64,000 nt of DNA, taken from Bacteroidota bacterium. GTDB lineage: Bacteria > Bacteroidota > Ignavibacteria > Ignavibacteriales > Melioribacteraceae. The stretch's first letter is position 1. Each line of letters opens with the position of its first letter. The notes below the pieces were generated by a model, which saw only the letters and a list, made by a program, of their open reading frames with translations, did no database searches and was not told where the DNA came from. Shown one piece after another: positions 1-8,519 of the stretch. The position numbers and the translations under genes were made by a program. Location of the stretch: contig JAEXUB010000108.1 of the NCBI GenBank assembly GCA_023453125.1, positions 4,694-68,693 of the forward strand. Direction: 5' to 3'.

Positions 1-1131
1 ATTCCCAATAAACTTTAGAATATTTGTGCCGCTCCCTGAGTGATATAAAAATTTCTTGCTTCCTGCAATTACTGAGGGGGAACCTTCCACGGTAACTTTT
101 TCGTCAATGTATAGAGTAATTACAGTCCCCTCAATTTTAAATTTAATTATAGATGGGCCGGCAAGTTTTTCCGGATCCCATCTCCCGCCGTAAACCGAAG
201 ATGCATTAACAATACCATTGCTGTTAAGTTTGATAATTCCCGGCAAGTTATTTATCAGCCAGTCCGGATTTCCCCCTTCCCTGCTGCAATTCAAAAAGTA
301 ATATCTTTCCCCCCAGTTGAATGGCCTGTCTCTTTCAGGCTGGTCAGGATAAGTAACCCTGTAAATAGGTCGATCGCTCATTGTCTTTGAAAATTTGCAA
401 TCCAGCAGAATAAACTGAGCATCGTAATGATGCCTGCCCAATTCCCATCCTTCCACTCCGCCGAAACGGCAATTCTGAAGAACAAATTTCTGATTTATAT
501 TTTCTCCCCCTGCGTGCCAAAGGGCCGCGCTCTTTTTTACTTCATAGAATTCCGAATCCCTTATGTAACACCAGCCTCTTGGACATACAAAATCGACTGC
601 ACCCTCAAAATAGCAGTTCCAGCAATAATAAAGTCCGGTTTTATGATCCCACAAGGAAACCGTATCTCCCCCTTTGCTTATGAAACGGCTTTGCAGTAGA
701 ATTGTCCTTGTTCCGGTTCCGTATATAGTGAATGCATGAGGGCCTATCTGCGGCTGTGTATTTTCAACTGTTATTCCCTCAATTATAATATCATCGGCAA
801 AAATATTAATAATTCCGGGTCCTATTGAATCCTTGCTTGCATCCCAGTCGCTGCGGAGCTGCGGATATTTAATAAATGTCCTATCCGGGCTTTCTCCCAA
901 AAGAGTAATATAGTCTCTGTCTATTCTGATTTTCTCTTCATATAAACCGGCTTTAATTAGAATTATCACTCTTTCATAATTAAACTGGGGAATTGACCTG
1001 ACTGCTTCTGATATTGTTTTGAAATCCGCCTCTCCCTTTTGCGAAACCGTAAGCACCATCTTTCTTTCTGCCTTCAGGCTTACCGGGAATGAGCAGATTA
1101 TAAAAAGGAATATTATCAGAGACTTTTTCAT
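1..1131 (-). CDS. Pectin methylesterase-like protein (CE8-like); 3' end runs off the window
   Basis: Absent from the ORF track because there is no stop inside the window. My own minus-strand translation from ATG 1131..1129 stays open to nt 1 (377 codons). It begins with a signal-like MKKSLIIFLFIICSFPVSLKA. It then shows QKGEADFKTISEAV, RFISKGGDTVSLWD, FEGAVDFVCPRGW and ELGRHHY, resembling the CE8 xDT, DFIFG and LGRxW blocks. The ATG overlaps the upstream TGA (ATGA at 1128..1131). Confidence 0.7.
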   Translation of the reverse strand, partial: MKKSLIIFLFIICSFPVSLKAERKMVLTVSQKGEADFKTISEAVRSIPQFNYERVIILIKAGLYEEKIRIDRDYITLLGESPDRTFIKYPQLRSDWDASKDSIGPGIINIFADDIIIEGITVENTQPQIGPHAFTIYGTGTRTILLQSRFISKGGDTVSLWDHKTGLYYCWNCYFEGAVDFVCPRGWCYIRDSEFYEVKKSAALWHAGGENINQKFVLQNCRFGGVEGWELGRHHYDAQFILLDCKFSKTMSDRPIYRVTYPDQPERDRPFNWGERYYFLNCSREGGNPDWLINNLPGIIKLNSNGIVNASSVYGGRWDPEKLAGPSIIKFKIEGTVITLYIDEKVTVEGSPSVIAGSKKFLYHSGSGTNILKFIGN

Positions 1132-2816
1132 TCTTTCATTATCCTTAAAGCATCTTTTGATGCACCGGGAGCAAATTCTACTCTGGCAACAACCAAACCG
1201 GCATTTTTGCCCTTCACGGAAATATTTCTACTCTTCTCCCCTTCAATCCTGATTATTTTCGAAACTCCCTCCGCAGCATCAATACCATCAATCGCAACAC
1301 CTGCCGTCTGGTTAATAAGCAGCAATGGAGAAGCGGCAATAATATTCATTCTTTTAAGTGAAATATTAAATGCATTGTAAACGGATATTCCTCTATCCGA
1401 TTTGAAGAATACCTTATCGAAACTTATTCCGGCAACAGGCATCTCTGGAAGCCCCTGAATTAAAATAGCATCCTTCGCACCATCGCAAATAATATTTGTA
1501 AAAGATATATTCCTGAATTGAGGAGTAGTTTCATCTGCTTTTACCTCTTTAAGCTCTTTATTCTTATCTGAGGCCGATTTATCTTCCATCGGCGCAACAC
1601 CCCCGTAAAGCAGATTAAAGCTTACAGCCTCGGCGGGGATATCTTTCATATAAATATTGCTTACCCAAATATTTTCAACAATTCCCCCTCTCCCCCGTGC
1701 GCTCTTAAAACGAAGCCCTACATCTGTACCGATGAAATTGCAGTTATCCACTTTAATATTGCGAACACCGCCTGACATTTCGCTGCCGACAGTAAATCCA
1801 CCGTGCCCGTGGTAAACAACACATCCGCTTATTATTAATTTCTCTGCGGGCATACCTCTCCTGCGCCCTTCGTCATCACGTCCCGATTTAATGCAGATTG
1901 CATCATCCCCTACATCGAACCTGCAGTTATAGATTATTGTGTTAGCGCAAGATTCAACATCTATTCCGTCTCCGTTTTGAGAATACCAGGGATTCCTCAC
2001 ATTTACATCAACAGCTATTATATTTTTACATCTGAGCGGATGCAGATTCCATGCCGGCGAGTTCTGGAAAGTTACTCCGTCAAGAAGAATACCTTCGCAG
2101 TCAATAAGACTCAATAGTACAGGCCTGAAAAAGAGTTTGTATCTTTCCGCATCCTGCTTTGAAAGGTTCCTTCCTTCGGTTTTCATTTTTGGTACCAGAA
2201 CAGAAGCTTCTAGCGCTTCCTTCGACGGCCACCACGTTTCCCCTTTCAGGTCAAGGACTCCCCCCGATGATGTAAGGTCTTTCCATTGGCTTGCCGTAAG
2301 CTTGAATTTTTTGACGGGACGCCATACTTCTCCGGCGCCGTCAATTATTCCTTTACCGGTAATAGCAATATTTTTCAGATTCCGCCCCATAATCGGAGAA
2401 GCACACCGGTACTGATCGTAACCTTCCCAATTGCTTTCAATTATCGGATAGAGGGAGACATCGCGGCTGAATTGTAAATGAGCCCCCTGCTCAAGATGAA
2501 GATTAACATTATTTTTAAGAAAAAGGGGCCCGGTAATCCATATGCCGGAAGGTATTATTACTTTCCCCCCGCCGCTATTTGAACATTCATCAATTGCTTT
2601 TTGAATTGCAGCGGTATTTAATGACTGCCCCTCCCCCTTTGCACCATATTTAGTAATATTAAACTTTCTATCCGGAAATCCGGGAACCGGAATAGTCTTC
2701 ATTTTGAAAGGAAGATTTTTATAAAGAGGGGAAAGAAAAGAATAATCCGTTTGTCCCTGTACAAAAGCTGCAGAAACAATAATAGAGACGAATACAATTA
2801 AAATCTTTTTCAGCAT
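1128..2816 (-). CDS. GH28 polygalacturonase / exo-poly-alpha-galacturonosidase, secreted
   Basis: 562-aa ORF with an N-terminal signal peptide. All four GH28 blocks are present: SQNGDGIDV, GDDAICIKSG, GHGGFTVGSE, RFKSARGRGG. Confidence 0.9.
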   Translation of the reverse strand: MLKKILIVFVSIIVSAAFVQGQTDYSFLSPLYKNLPFKMKTIPVPGFPDRKFNITKYGAKGEGQSLNTAAIQKAIDECSNSGGGKVIIPSGIWITGPLFLKNNVNLHLEQGAHLQFSRDVSLYPIIESNWEGYDQYRCASPIMGRNLKNIAITGKGIIDGAGEVWRPVKKFKLTASQWKDLTSSGGVLDLKGETWWPSKEALEASVLVPKMKTEGRNLSKQDAERYKLFFRPVLLSLIDCEGILLDGVTFQNSPAWNLHPLRCKNIIAVDVNVRNPWYSQNGDGIDVESCANTIIYNCRFDVGDDAICIKSGRDDEGRRRGMPAEKLIISGCVVYHGHGGFTVGSEMSGGVRNIKVDNCNFIGTDVGLRFKSARGRGGIVENIWVSNIYMKDIPAEAVSFNLLYGGVAPMEDKSASDKNKELKEVKADETTPQFRNISFTNIICDGAKDAILIQGLPEMPVAGISFDKVFFKSDRGISVYNAFNISLKRMNIIAASPLLLINQTAGVAIDGIDAAEGVSKIIRIEGEKSRNISVKGKNAGLVVARVEFAPGASKDALRIMKE

Positions 2817-2838
2817 AATTTATCTTTCCGGAATTTTA

Positions 2839-4344
2839 TTACTTATTTCCTTTCTTAAGAAGCCATTCAAAGAGATTTACGGCAGCCTCATAATTCTGGT
2901 ATTCAGCCGTGAGGCGCCTGTGGTCAATATACTCATTATAAATCCATGGATCGCCTACCGCAAAAACATACCCTTTACCGAAACTTGCTTCTGCCATTAC
3001 TACATTCCCTTTATCGGTAAGAACCGGGAGAGCATTTCCATCGAGAGAAAGGGTAGATATTTCCTTAAGGTAAATATTTGCAATTCCCTTAAAGAGAGGG
3101 TGACCGGGGAATGAATTAATTTTGCCCATTTCCCATTTGGTTCCTTCAACTTTGTTCAGGCTAACTTCATTAAATTTAATTCCGAATCGGGAGGCAAGCC
3201 GGTTGAAATTTTCAAATTCGCAGTTGCCGTAGTCATTCCCCATTAAAAGAAGCACTCCCCCGTTTTCTACATATTTCACAATTTCATTTATATCCTTCTC
3301 CGATATATAGTTCGGGGAAGGAGACTCTTTGGGGGTGTCAGGATCAACAATTATATATAAAGAGTAATTCTTCAATTCTTTAAACAAGGGAGCGGATTTT
3401 ATGCAGGCAACCCGGGCCCCCAGGTTTTCAATTGCATTGGCTAAAATGCTGAATCCCGAATTTTCCTTGTCCTCCCAGGTATAATGGAACTGTACTTCGG
3501 TACCAAGAGGATTTTTTTTCTTTTCGCAATTGAAATAATAGTCGAGTGCGGCAATCTTACCATTTTCCTCATTCGGAAAAACAGGTTCTGCAATTATCTT
3601 ATCGGCAAAGGGGAGCTTCAATTCGGCAATGCCGCCTGCTACCATTTTTGCAATTTCAATTGCGCCTTTGCGAGTAAAGTGAGTATTGTCCTCTTTCCCC
3701 TCTGGAAATGATTTATATTTCCCCGGCTTTATATGAAGAAATAACTCCTTTGTTTTTTCTTCCCCAAGCTGCGTAAAAAATTCAAGGCTCTTTTTGTGAA
3801 TGTCAATCAGGTATGTATTTGCAGCGGCAGCAACTTCTCTTACAACTGCCGGATAATCACCGTGCTGATCGATAAATTTTCCGTTTGAATCAAACTTCCT
3901 TCTGTTTACGGGAGTAAGCAGTACCGGGGTAGCCCCCTTTTCTTTTATTTCTTTAATGTAACGGAGGAGATTGATCCTGTAATCTGTGTTTGCTTCGGCA
4001 TACCTGGACGTGTCTGAAATCTTTGAGTCATTATGCCCGAACTGAATAAATACAAAATCCCCCTGTTTAAGTTTATTATAAACAACCTGCCAGTGCCCAA
4101 GAGTGCGGAAACTCCTAGTGCTTCTTCCGTTAACGGCGTGGTTTTCAATAACTACATCATCTGTAAAAAAGTTTGGCAGAAGCTGCCCCCATCCCCTTTC
4201 CGGATTGTCATCCATCTGTTTATCGGCGCATGTTGAATCGCCGATTAAGTAAATAACCGGCTTTGATTCAAAAAGAAAGAATGCAGTAAAAACAAATAAC
4301 GCCGGAATAAACAGAGGAAATAATTTTCTTTTTGTGTAATTCAT
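2839..4344 (-). CDS. Rhamnogalacturonan acetylesterase (CE12, SGNH) fused to a C-terminal GATase1-like/DUF4350-like domain
   Basis: SGNH blocks are IYLIGDSTC, IQFGHNDS and DNTHF. The ~230-aa C-terminal half (YIIVDPDTP..., GGVLLLMGND..., FAVGDPWIYNEY) looks like a class-I glutamine-amidotransferase-like fold. I place the start at Met34 of the tracked ORF (ATG 4344..4342, MNYTKRKLFPLFIP... signal peptide). The longer form would overlap the upstream gene. Confidence 0.8.
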   Translation of the reverse strand: MNYTKRKLFPLFIPALFVFTAFFLFESKPVIYLIGDSTCADKQMDDNPERGWGQLLPNFFTDDVVIENHAVNGRSTRSFRTLGHWQVVYNKLKQGDFVFIQFGHNDSKISDTSRYAEANTDYRINLLRYIKEIKEKGATPVLLTPVNRRKFDSNGKFIDQHGDYPAVVREVAAAANTYLIDIHKKSLEFFTQLGEEKTKELFLHIKPGKYKSFPEGKEDNTHFTRKGAIEIAKMVAGGIAELKLPFADKIIAEPVFPNEENGKIAALDYYFNCEKKKNPLGTEVQFHYTWEDKENSGFSILANAIENLGARVACIKSAPLFKELKNYSLYIIVDPDTPKESPSPNYISEKDINEIVKYVENGGVLLLMGNDYGNCEFENFNRLASRFGIKFNEVSLNKVEGTKWEMGKINSFPGHPLFKGIANIYLKEISTLSLDGNALPVLTDKGNVVMAEASFGKGYVFAVGDPWIYNEYIDHRRLTAEYQNYEAAVNLFEWLLKKGNK

Positions 4345-4357
4345 TCTTCTTTCCTTA

Positions 4358-5611
4358 TTAAATCGCTCCGGCCTTTTCAAGTTCAACCGCCCCCATAATA
4401 AAAGGCCCGTATCCCTTAAGGTCGTTGGTCTTTTTAGGCTCACTTATATAGTATTCAAAACTCCCGTCCCTGTAAGGAGTTCCGCCAAGGCCTGCGCTTC
4501 TGCAGGTATTGTGAAGATCTATTCTCTCTCCGTCAATAGTTACCAGATTTTCAATTATTCCCTTAAACGCCTTCTCTGCATTCTTCAGAAATTCTTTTTT
4601 TATATAGCCTTTATTCACCCCTTTTGCCAGAGCATATGTAAACATGCACGATGCCGAGGCTTCGAGATAATTTCCTTCCCTTCCCGGCATATTGGTAACC
4701 TGATACCACAATCCGGTTTTCTCATCCTGCACCTTAACCAGAGCAGCGGCGAGCCGGTTGAGAATATTAATGATTTCTTTTCTCTCTTTTTGATTGCGCG
4801 GGAAGTAATCGAGTACATCTACTAATGCCATTGCGTACCATCCCATAGCACGGCTCCAGAAATTCGGAGACCGTCCGGTAACCTGATCGGCCCATTTCAT
4901 CTGCCTGCTTTCATCCCAGGCATGGTATAATAAGCCTGTTCTTTCATCCCTCGTCATTTTTTCTATATGTATGAACTGATGCGCTATGTCGCTGAAATCT
5001 TTTGAATTATTGAACATCTTTGAATACTGAGCATAAAAGGGAGATCCCATATACAATCCGTCTAGCCACATCTGGAAAGGATATATTTTCTTGTGCCAGA
5101 AACCGCCGCTCTTTGTCCTGGGCTGGAGTGCAAGCTGTTTTCTTAATGTATCGGCCGCGGTTTTGTACTTCCTTTCTTTTGTAGCAGAATATAGAAAAAG
5201 GAGGGACTTTCCCTGGTTTACATTGTCTATGTTGAAATCATTGAACTTATAAGTGGCAATCCTGCCGTCGGGCTGAATAAAAAGGTCAACTGATTTCTTA
5301 ATGTAGTCATAATATTTTTTATCGCCTGTGGATTTATAAACCTGTCTTAAAGCCTCCTGAAGAACTCCCTGGTCGTATGTCCACTTGTTATTATAGATGG
5401 TGTCGTTTACTTTGTCTGAGGGATACCGGTTCATAAATGACTCTGCAATTCTGACCGACCATTTTTTCCCCTTGTCACTTCCATTAGTAATATCTGCCTT
5501 CATTACAGATGCAGAAAAGCTAATAATGAAAGTGAATAATAAAACAGGTAAAATATGTTTTTTCATAGCGGCAGCCCTCTTGGGATTTAAAATTAATAAA
5601 TTCTTTCTCAT
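4358..5611 (-). CDS. GH105 unsaturated rhamnogalacturonyl hydrolase (YteR-like)
   Basis: Typical GH105/GH88 blocks: WTYDQGVLQEAL, WLDGLYMGSPFYAQY, FWSRAMGWYAMALVD, EASASCMFTYAL. The start at 5611 forms an ATGA overlap with the upstream stop. An alternative start is Met16 (5566), which gives a cleaner signal peptide MKKHILPVLLF. Confidence 0.88.
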   Translation of the reverse strand: MRKNLLILNPKRAAAMKKHILPVLLFTFIISFSASVMKADITNGSDKGKKWSVRIAESFMNRYPSDKVNDTIYNNKWTYDQGVLQEALRQVYKSTGDKKYYDYIKKSVDLFIQPDGRIATYKFNDFNIDNVNQGKSLLFLYSATKERKYKTAADTLRKQLALQPRTKSGGFWHKKIYPFQMWLDGLYMGSPFYAQYSKMFNNSKDFSDIAHQFIHIEKMTRDERTGLLYHAWDESRQMKWADQVTGRSPNFWSRAMGWYAMALVDVLDYFPRNQKERKEIINILNRLAAALVKVQDEKTGLWYQVTNMPGREGNYLEASASCMFTYALAKGVNKGYIKKEFLKNAEKAFKGIIENLVTIDGERIDLHNTCRSAGLGGTPYRDGSFEYYISEPKKTNDLKGYGPFIMGAVELEKAGAI

Positions 5612-7335
5612 TTAAGGAGCATCATTTTTAGGCTTTTCTGCTGACTATTAAATACTATATTGCACAGGTAAACGCCTGAGGAGCAAAAATTGCCGAGCGA
5701 ATCTTTGCCGTTCCAGACCAGCTCCGACTCTCCGGCCTGCTTTTCCCCCTTAAAAAGAGTATTCACAAGTTTTCCCTGAATATCAAAAATATTTACCGCA
5801 ACAAATCCTCTTTCCCCGGTATAGAATTTAATAATTGTACTTGGATTAAATGGATTCGGATAATTCTGCTCAATCTGAAATCCAACAGGCAGACGTTTAT
5901 TTTCGGCAGCCGAGACAACCGAACCGTCTGCCAATCCGTTAAGATAAACCTCAAGATTTGTATAACCTGAACTCTGAACATTATTTCTGTCTGAGGCATC
6001 TGACGGATTCAGTCCGTTTGCGGTCTCCCAATAGTCAGGCATACCATCATGGTCGGAATCGGCCGGAGGAGAAACGGTATTGAGCTGCGGCCAGCCCCCT
6101 GCATTTGTCTGCGAATCTATAATACCTGTCTTTTTAGATGGATCAGGCACGGAAAAGACCTGTTTATAATAGTTGCCTTCAAAATTTGAAATGCCGGTTC
6201 TTGCCTCCTGCAACAGCCTTGTATCAACAGCGTCTCTTTTGGGCCGGTTTGCTCCCGCATCATTCAGAACTGCGTCAAATGCTTCCTGTGCTGTCTGCAT
6301 GGAAATATCATTTACAGCAAAGGGAATTTCGGATTTAATTCTTGCCGCTGTTGTATCTGCAACACCGTGGATTCCTTTCCCCCAGTTGTCTGCAGTTACT
6401 TCGGGAAATCCTTCAACATAATTATCTGCAATGTAAAAAGTACCGTATCCGGCTGCCGGGTCGGCCGAAACTGTCGGATGAAATATGCAGTCCCTCATAG
6501 AAGATATTGTAGCGGGTCCCGGCTTAAAATAATTATTTCTAATATTCTGCTGTCCCAGTTCCCCTCCGTAAATACTCTCAAATCCCCAGTTGTAAATTAC
6601 ATTATTAACGAAATCAACAACTTCAGTTGAGGCAGTCGGAATATGATACCTGGCCCCGCAGAAACGCGGATTGCGGCTGGTATTATTTATATAAAGATTA
6701 TGATGGAAAGTAGCTTTCATTCCCCCCTGAATGCCGCCGTACCCATGTTCTCCTTTAGGATGGACCGAATGGAAAAGGCTTTCACCTATTATGCACCACT
6801 GCAAAGTAAAATTTTCATTATCATAGAAGCTTGCACACTCATCCACAGACCAGGTCATAGAACAGTGGTCAATTATTATATTCTTCTGGTTTCTCCCCCA
6901 GAATGAATCTTCCGCAGTGCTGTTCAAATCGCCAAGCCTGAAACGGAGATATCTTACAATAACATTGTCAGTCTTAATTACTGTCGGATATCCAGCAATG
7001 CAGATTCCGTCCCCCGGCGCCGACTGTCCTGCAATTGTTATATTCCCGTTTTTAATTTCGAGAGTAGAGCCTAGATAAATTGTTCCCGAAACCTTGAAGA
7101 CAATAGTTCTGGCTCCTGACTGATTGACAGCATACCTGAGAGAACCGGGGGAGTTATTATCTAATAAGGTAGTAACTTCATAAACCGCGCCTCCTCTCCC
7201 CCCCGATGTAAATCTGCCCCCCCCTTCGGCAGTAGGAAAAGCAGGCTGCTGGGAGAATAAATTAATGGGGGTAACAAGGAAAATAAAAAGGGGAAACAGG
7301 GAGCCCAATAGGGTATAATGATTTATCTTTTTCAT
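5608..7335 (-). CDS. Pectate lyase (PL1-like) with C-terminal T9SS (Por) sorting domain
   Basis: Signal peptide followed by AEGGGRFTSGGRGGAVYEVT, IIIDHCSMTWSVDE and SRNPRFCGARYH (the RxPxxR block). There is a calcium-type DSDHDGMPDYWE linker. The C-terminal ~80 aa (EQNYPNPFNPSTIIKFY...VYLCNIVF...LKMMLLK) look like a T9SS type-A CTD. Confidence 0.85.
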   Translation of the reverse strand: MKKINHYTLLGSLFPLFIFLVTPINLFSQQPAFPTAEGGGRFTSGGRGGAVYEVTTLLDNNSPGSLRYAVNQSGARTIVFKVSGTIYLGSTLEIKNGNITIAGQSAPGDGICIAGYPTVIKTDNVIVRYLRFRLGDLNSTAEDSFWGRNQKNIIIDHCSMTWSVDECASFYDNENFTLQWCIIGESLFHSVHPKGEHGYGGIQGGMKATFHHNLYINNTSRNPRFCGARYHIPTASTEVVDFVNNVIYNWGFESIYGGELGQQNIRNNYFKPGPATISSMRDCIFHPTVSADPAAGYGTFYIADNYVEGFPEVTADNWGKGIHGVADTTAARIKSEIPFAVNDISMQTAQEAFDAVLNDAGANRPKRDAVDTRLLQEARTGISNFEGNYYKQVFSVPDPSKKTGIIDSQTNAGGWPQLNTVSPPADSDHDGMPDYWETANGLNPSDASDRNNVQSSGYTNLEVYLNGLADGSVVSAAENKRLPVGFQIEQNYPNPFNPSTIIKFYTGERGFVAVNIFDIQGKLVNTLFKGEKQAGESELVWNGKDSLGNFCSSGVYLCNIVFNSQQKSLKMMLLK

Positions 7336-7411
7336 AAAATCTAAATTGTTTACTTAAACGATAACTTAATTTGATGAAAAATTTAGAGTTTGTCAAGATG
7401 TTCACGCGGAA

Positions 7412-8419
7412 TTAATTTGAAATGAATTTAATGAAGGAGGCTGCCTTTAACATAACTTTTTCGAACCAGGGATTGAAAAGCCAGAAAGTATGAGGGGAGG
7501 AAGGGATTTCAATTACCTCTGAAAATATATTATGTAAGTGTAATTCAGAAATCACCCTCTCCCTGCCTGCACGAAAACGGGGTATGGAACTATTTATAAA
7601 GAGAACGGGGGGAGAACTTCTGCCAACGTGATTCACCGGCGATGCGATACGCCATAGTTCCGGATTATCGGCATACTTAACTCCAAGCCATTGTTTAACC
7701 GCAGATGGTTTTGAAGGAATTGTATCTTTACCGCTCTCCTCCGGAGTAGTCAGATCGGGTACTCCATCGATATTTATTACTCCTTTAACATTTGTTCCGT
7801 GTAATCTTTTCCCGTCAACTGTATCAAAGAAATCATTCCCGGCAGTAACTGCAGCAAGAAGGGCAAGATGTCCTCCGGCCGAGCCCCCCATAAGGAAAAT
7901 ATTATTTGAATCCAATTGGAATTCTTTCCCAACTTCCTTAATCCATCTGATTGCCGACTTAATATTATGAACCGATGCCGGATATAACATCTCCCCCGAG
8001 AGAGTATATTCAACAGCCGCAGCCGCTATTCCCATTTCCGCCATATACAATGATGACTGTTCTTCCATTTCCTTATTACCGGAGCGCCAGCCCCCGCCGT
8101 GAATAATTACTGCAACCGGATATTTTTTATCTTTACTGCCTGCCGGAAGGAATAAATCAAGATGAAGTTCTATTTCCCCTGATTTAAAATACACAAGGTT
8201 CCTGTTAATTTTAATTCCGCCTGAGGGAGACTTGCTTACCATTCTGGTTTCAGGAAATTCTTTAACAGCCTTAACATATGCAGAACTGAGAGTGAACGAG
8301 GTGTCTCTTTTAATATTTGACTGCGCAATGGCAGTACTATTGAAAATAAATAATAATACTGCAGCAGTGTGAATAATAAATAACATTTTTACAATGCGGA
8401 GATTCTTTTTCATAACCAT
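7412..8419 (-). CDS. Secreted alpha/beta-hydrolase carbohydrate esterase (CE10/BD-FAE-like)
   Basis: Oxyanion-hole motif IIHGGGW and nucleophile elbow GGSAGGHLA. It has a signal peptide and sits at the head of the pectin gene string. Confidence 0.75.
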   Translation of the reverse strand: MVMKKNLRIVKMLFIIHTAAVLLFIFNSTAIAQSNIKRDTSFTLSSAYVKAVKEFPETRMVSKSPSGGIKINRNLVYFKSGEIELHLDLFLPAGSKDKKYPVAVIIHGGGWRSGNKEMEEQSSLYMAEMGIAAAAVEYTLSGEMLYPASVHNIKSAIRWIKEVGKEFQLDSNNIFLMGGSAGGHLALLAAVTAGNDFFDTVDGKRLHGTNVKGVINIDGVPDLTTPEESGKDTIPSKPSAVKQWLGVKYADNPELWRIASPVNHVGRSSPPVLFINSSIPRFRAGRERVISELHLHNIFSEVIEIPSSPHTFWLFNPWFEKVMLKAASFIKFISN

Positions 8420-8469
8420 TAATAATTTTCACGGCAACATAGCAATATATATTAGAATAAGAAAGGAAT

Positions 8470-8497
8470 AAAAAAGCCGGAATGAATTTTCCGGCTT
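8470..8497 (-). terminator. Rho-independent terminator after the DUF5916 gene
   Basis: On the minus strand, stem AGCCGGAA / TTCCGGCT with a 6-nt loop is followed by a T5 run. It lies 23 nt downstream of the stop at 8520. Confidence 0.7.
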
Positions 8498-8519
8498 TGT
8501 ATAAACAGGGAGAATTATT

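Noticed and set aside
427-1252. Plus-strand ORFs 427..699 and 1019..1252 from the track
   Set aside because: They lie antisense inside the open minus-strand CE8-like reading frame, which I translated myself. They have low-complexity, non-protein-like sequences and no motifs.
4345-4443. N-terminal extension of the CE12 ORF (MSLKRPTTLRD...). Similar extensions occur at 25590..25727 (XylR-type), 21374..21412 (araB) and 18968..19006 (isomerase).
   Set aside because: The extensions overlap the coding 3' end of the upstream gene or the divergent gene. The internal Met gives a proper signal peptide or domain start, so I used the shorter models.
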